Origin: Octopus sinensis
Lineage: Eukaryota
Assembly: GCF_006345805.1 (NCBI RefSeq)
Contig: NC_042997.1
Location: 175,150,001-175,214,000, forward strand
Reading direction: 5' to 3'
DNA: 64,000 bases
The notes below the pieces were generated by a model, which ran no database searches, had not been told where the DNA came from, and saw nothing but the letters and a program-made list of their open reading frames with translations. Each line of letters opens with the position of its first letter. Position 1 is the stretch's first letter. This document shows positions 62,151 through 64,000 of this stretch, one piece after another. A program made the position numbers and the translations under genes.

Positions 62151-62413
62151 TCAAAATGGGGAGTAGATAGACAGCCGACAACTGATGAAGGGTCCTTCGT
62201 ATTACTTGTCGTTTTTTTCTCTCGTTATTCGTGTATTTAACTCATTTGTTTTCGTATTTCATGTTTACTGTTGGTGACGTCCTGTACCCATATATGTATG
62301 TATAAATATATATATATATATATATAACATTCCTTTCTTAGTGGTAAGACCATAAGGGGTCGACTTCTAGCATAATGGATGTCCACTAAGTGGTCATCCC
62401 TCTTATATGTATG

Positions 62414-62444
<31 letters not shown>

Positions 62445-62452
62445 TATATATA

Positions 62453-62646
62453 GTTAATCCAAACATGAAAACACAAAGAGAAAACACATCAACGTGAGGA
62501 CGTGGAACAAGTATAATGTCATTGGACGCTCAGGAAAGAAGGAGGGTTTAACGTTTCGAGCGGAGCTTTTCGTCAGAAACATAGGAAAAGGAAAGATCCA
62601 AAGAAGGGAAGACGGAGGGAAAAAATCGCCAATGGTACACACGCGG

Positions 62647-62650
<4 letters not shown>
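62453..62650 (-). mobile_element. Short Penelope-like terminal repeat embedded in (TA)n
   Basis: Homologous to 18967-19181; contains the hammerhead-like core at 62546-62580. Confidence 0.6.
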
Positions 62651-62684
<34 letters not shown>

Positions 62685-62959
62685 TATATATATAGTCAAA
62701 TCGAAAAGTCGAACATTAACAATAACCAACAAGAGGATGTGCACATGGAATGTATTAGTTTGATGCTCGATAAAAAGAGAGAGCTTTTAACGTTTCGATT
62801 TGATTTATCTCATGCTCACATGGACCTTCTACGTCCTTTCCGGCTGATTTGAAGTACTTGATTCATGGATTTTCTTACTCTACCCTTGGATTACGTTACC
62901 TTTAAATTTCTACGGATTAAGTTTCTGCGCGCACGCACGCACACACACACACATATGTA

Positions 62960-63828
62960 CAGAGTGCGACTGGTAATTTGCCGCCATTATATATTTTTTC
63001 ATTTCCCGCACGTGCATTGTTTTTGTTTTTTATTTTGTCGACTACACAGTGTAGTAGAGTCAGTTGGGCACCGTCTATGAGAAAAACAGTATCATGACAC
63101 AATTCACTCTGCTAGAAATTTGGAAACTACATGATGTACTGCTTGGCATCCGCGCCGGAATCTCCAATACGAGCAGATGGTGAACACACAGAACAACCGT
63201 TAGCTTACCGTATCCCCAAAACATGTACCAAGAGTGATAAAAATCAAACATCCAGTCAACATCAGGGTGTTTGGAGTGTATCACTAGTGATGGCGACGTT
63301 ATGCCTCCATTCATCTTCCCACACGGCCTCATGTGCATGTAGGAGGTAGTGCTGCCCTGGGTCAAGAGAGTGGCTGCTAGAAGCCCTTATGTCTGGCAAC
63401 AGGACTCTGCACCATGCCACACAAGCAGGAGAACTCTGTCATGATTGTCAGACAATTTCTGCGATCACATCACCCTTAACATCTAGCCACCTAACTTACC
63501 AGACTGCAATCCCCTTGATTATTATGTATGGGGTGCAGTTGAGCAAGAGACCAACAAAACCTTTTGTAACACCAAAGATGAACTGAAGGCAAGGATTATG
63601 GCAGCATTCACCAACTTAAACAAAGAGACCGTCCAGAAGAGTTATAGGAGATTCCGAAGTGGTCTGGAGGCCGTGGTTGAAGCCAGTGGCGATTTTATTG
63701 AATAAATTTACTCTTTAGTATTTCAAGATATTTTTGTGTAATTTTGGTAAATATATCTGTTAAAATGAGATGTCAGTGTTATTTTAATTTTTGCGTAATT
63801 CAGACGAGAGTTTATTCACGGCACCCTG
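62960..63828 (+). mobile_element. Internally deleted maT (DD37D) element (869 bp)
   Basis: TA-flanked CAG..CTG ends. KHPVNIRVFG..TSDGDVMPPFIFP, then WQQDSAPCH...PDCNPLDYYVWGAVE with 37 residues between the last two Asp. Confidence 0.88.
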
Positions 63829-64000
63829 TATATATACCCGCACACTACCACACGCATGCACACATACATTGTTAGTGTTTTTTACCTTTATCCACATGAG
63901 TTAGGTCTTGGAGAAAATGACGATCCAGATTTTCTACGAATAATACACTACTCTCTGTGTCACTGCTTAGGTATCTGAAGCCATGGTATCATCCTCTGAA

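Overview
AT-rich, repeat-dense eukaryotic DNA with spliceosomal introns and no CRISPR or prokaryotic features. The SINE families, microsatellite load and Pin1 sequence suggest a coleoid cephalopod (Octopus-like) genome; this is inference from recalled repeat families, not a database match. One protein-coding gene is clearly supported: Pin1 on the minus strand (3 exons, 47580-36570, 154 aa; WW domain plus parvulin PPIase). The rest is mostly mobile DNA. It includes several tRNA-derived SINE families (labelled A-F here) with swappable heads and tails, three tandem SINE arrays, a non-autonomous Helitron, several MITEs, and hAT, mariner and maT remnants. LINE remnants of Tx1, CR1, RTE and RLE type are also present, along with a very young internally deleted Gypsy LTR element 1.07 kb upstream of the Pin1 ATG. 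Best leads: (1) a full-length 5S rRNA-derived head joined to a SINE tail (candidate SINE3); (2) minimal hammerhead-ribozyme-like cores in short Penelope-like repeats, mostly next to (TA)n; (3) nested near-perfect inverted repeats in Pin1 intron 1 (dsRNA, possible ADAR substrate); (4) SINE multimers; (5) a 21-bp minisatellite of about 64 units. Most ORF-track entries are microsatellite artefacts. All alignments were done by eye. Boundaries without a stated TSD or splice site are approximate.
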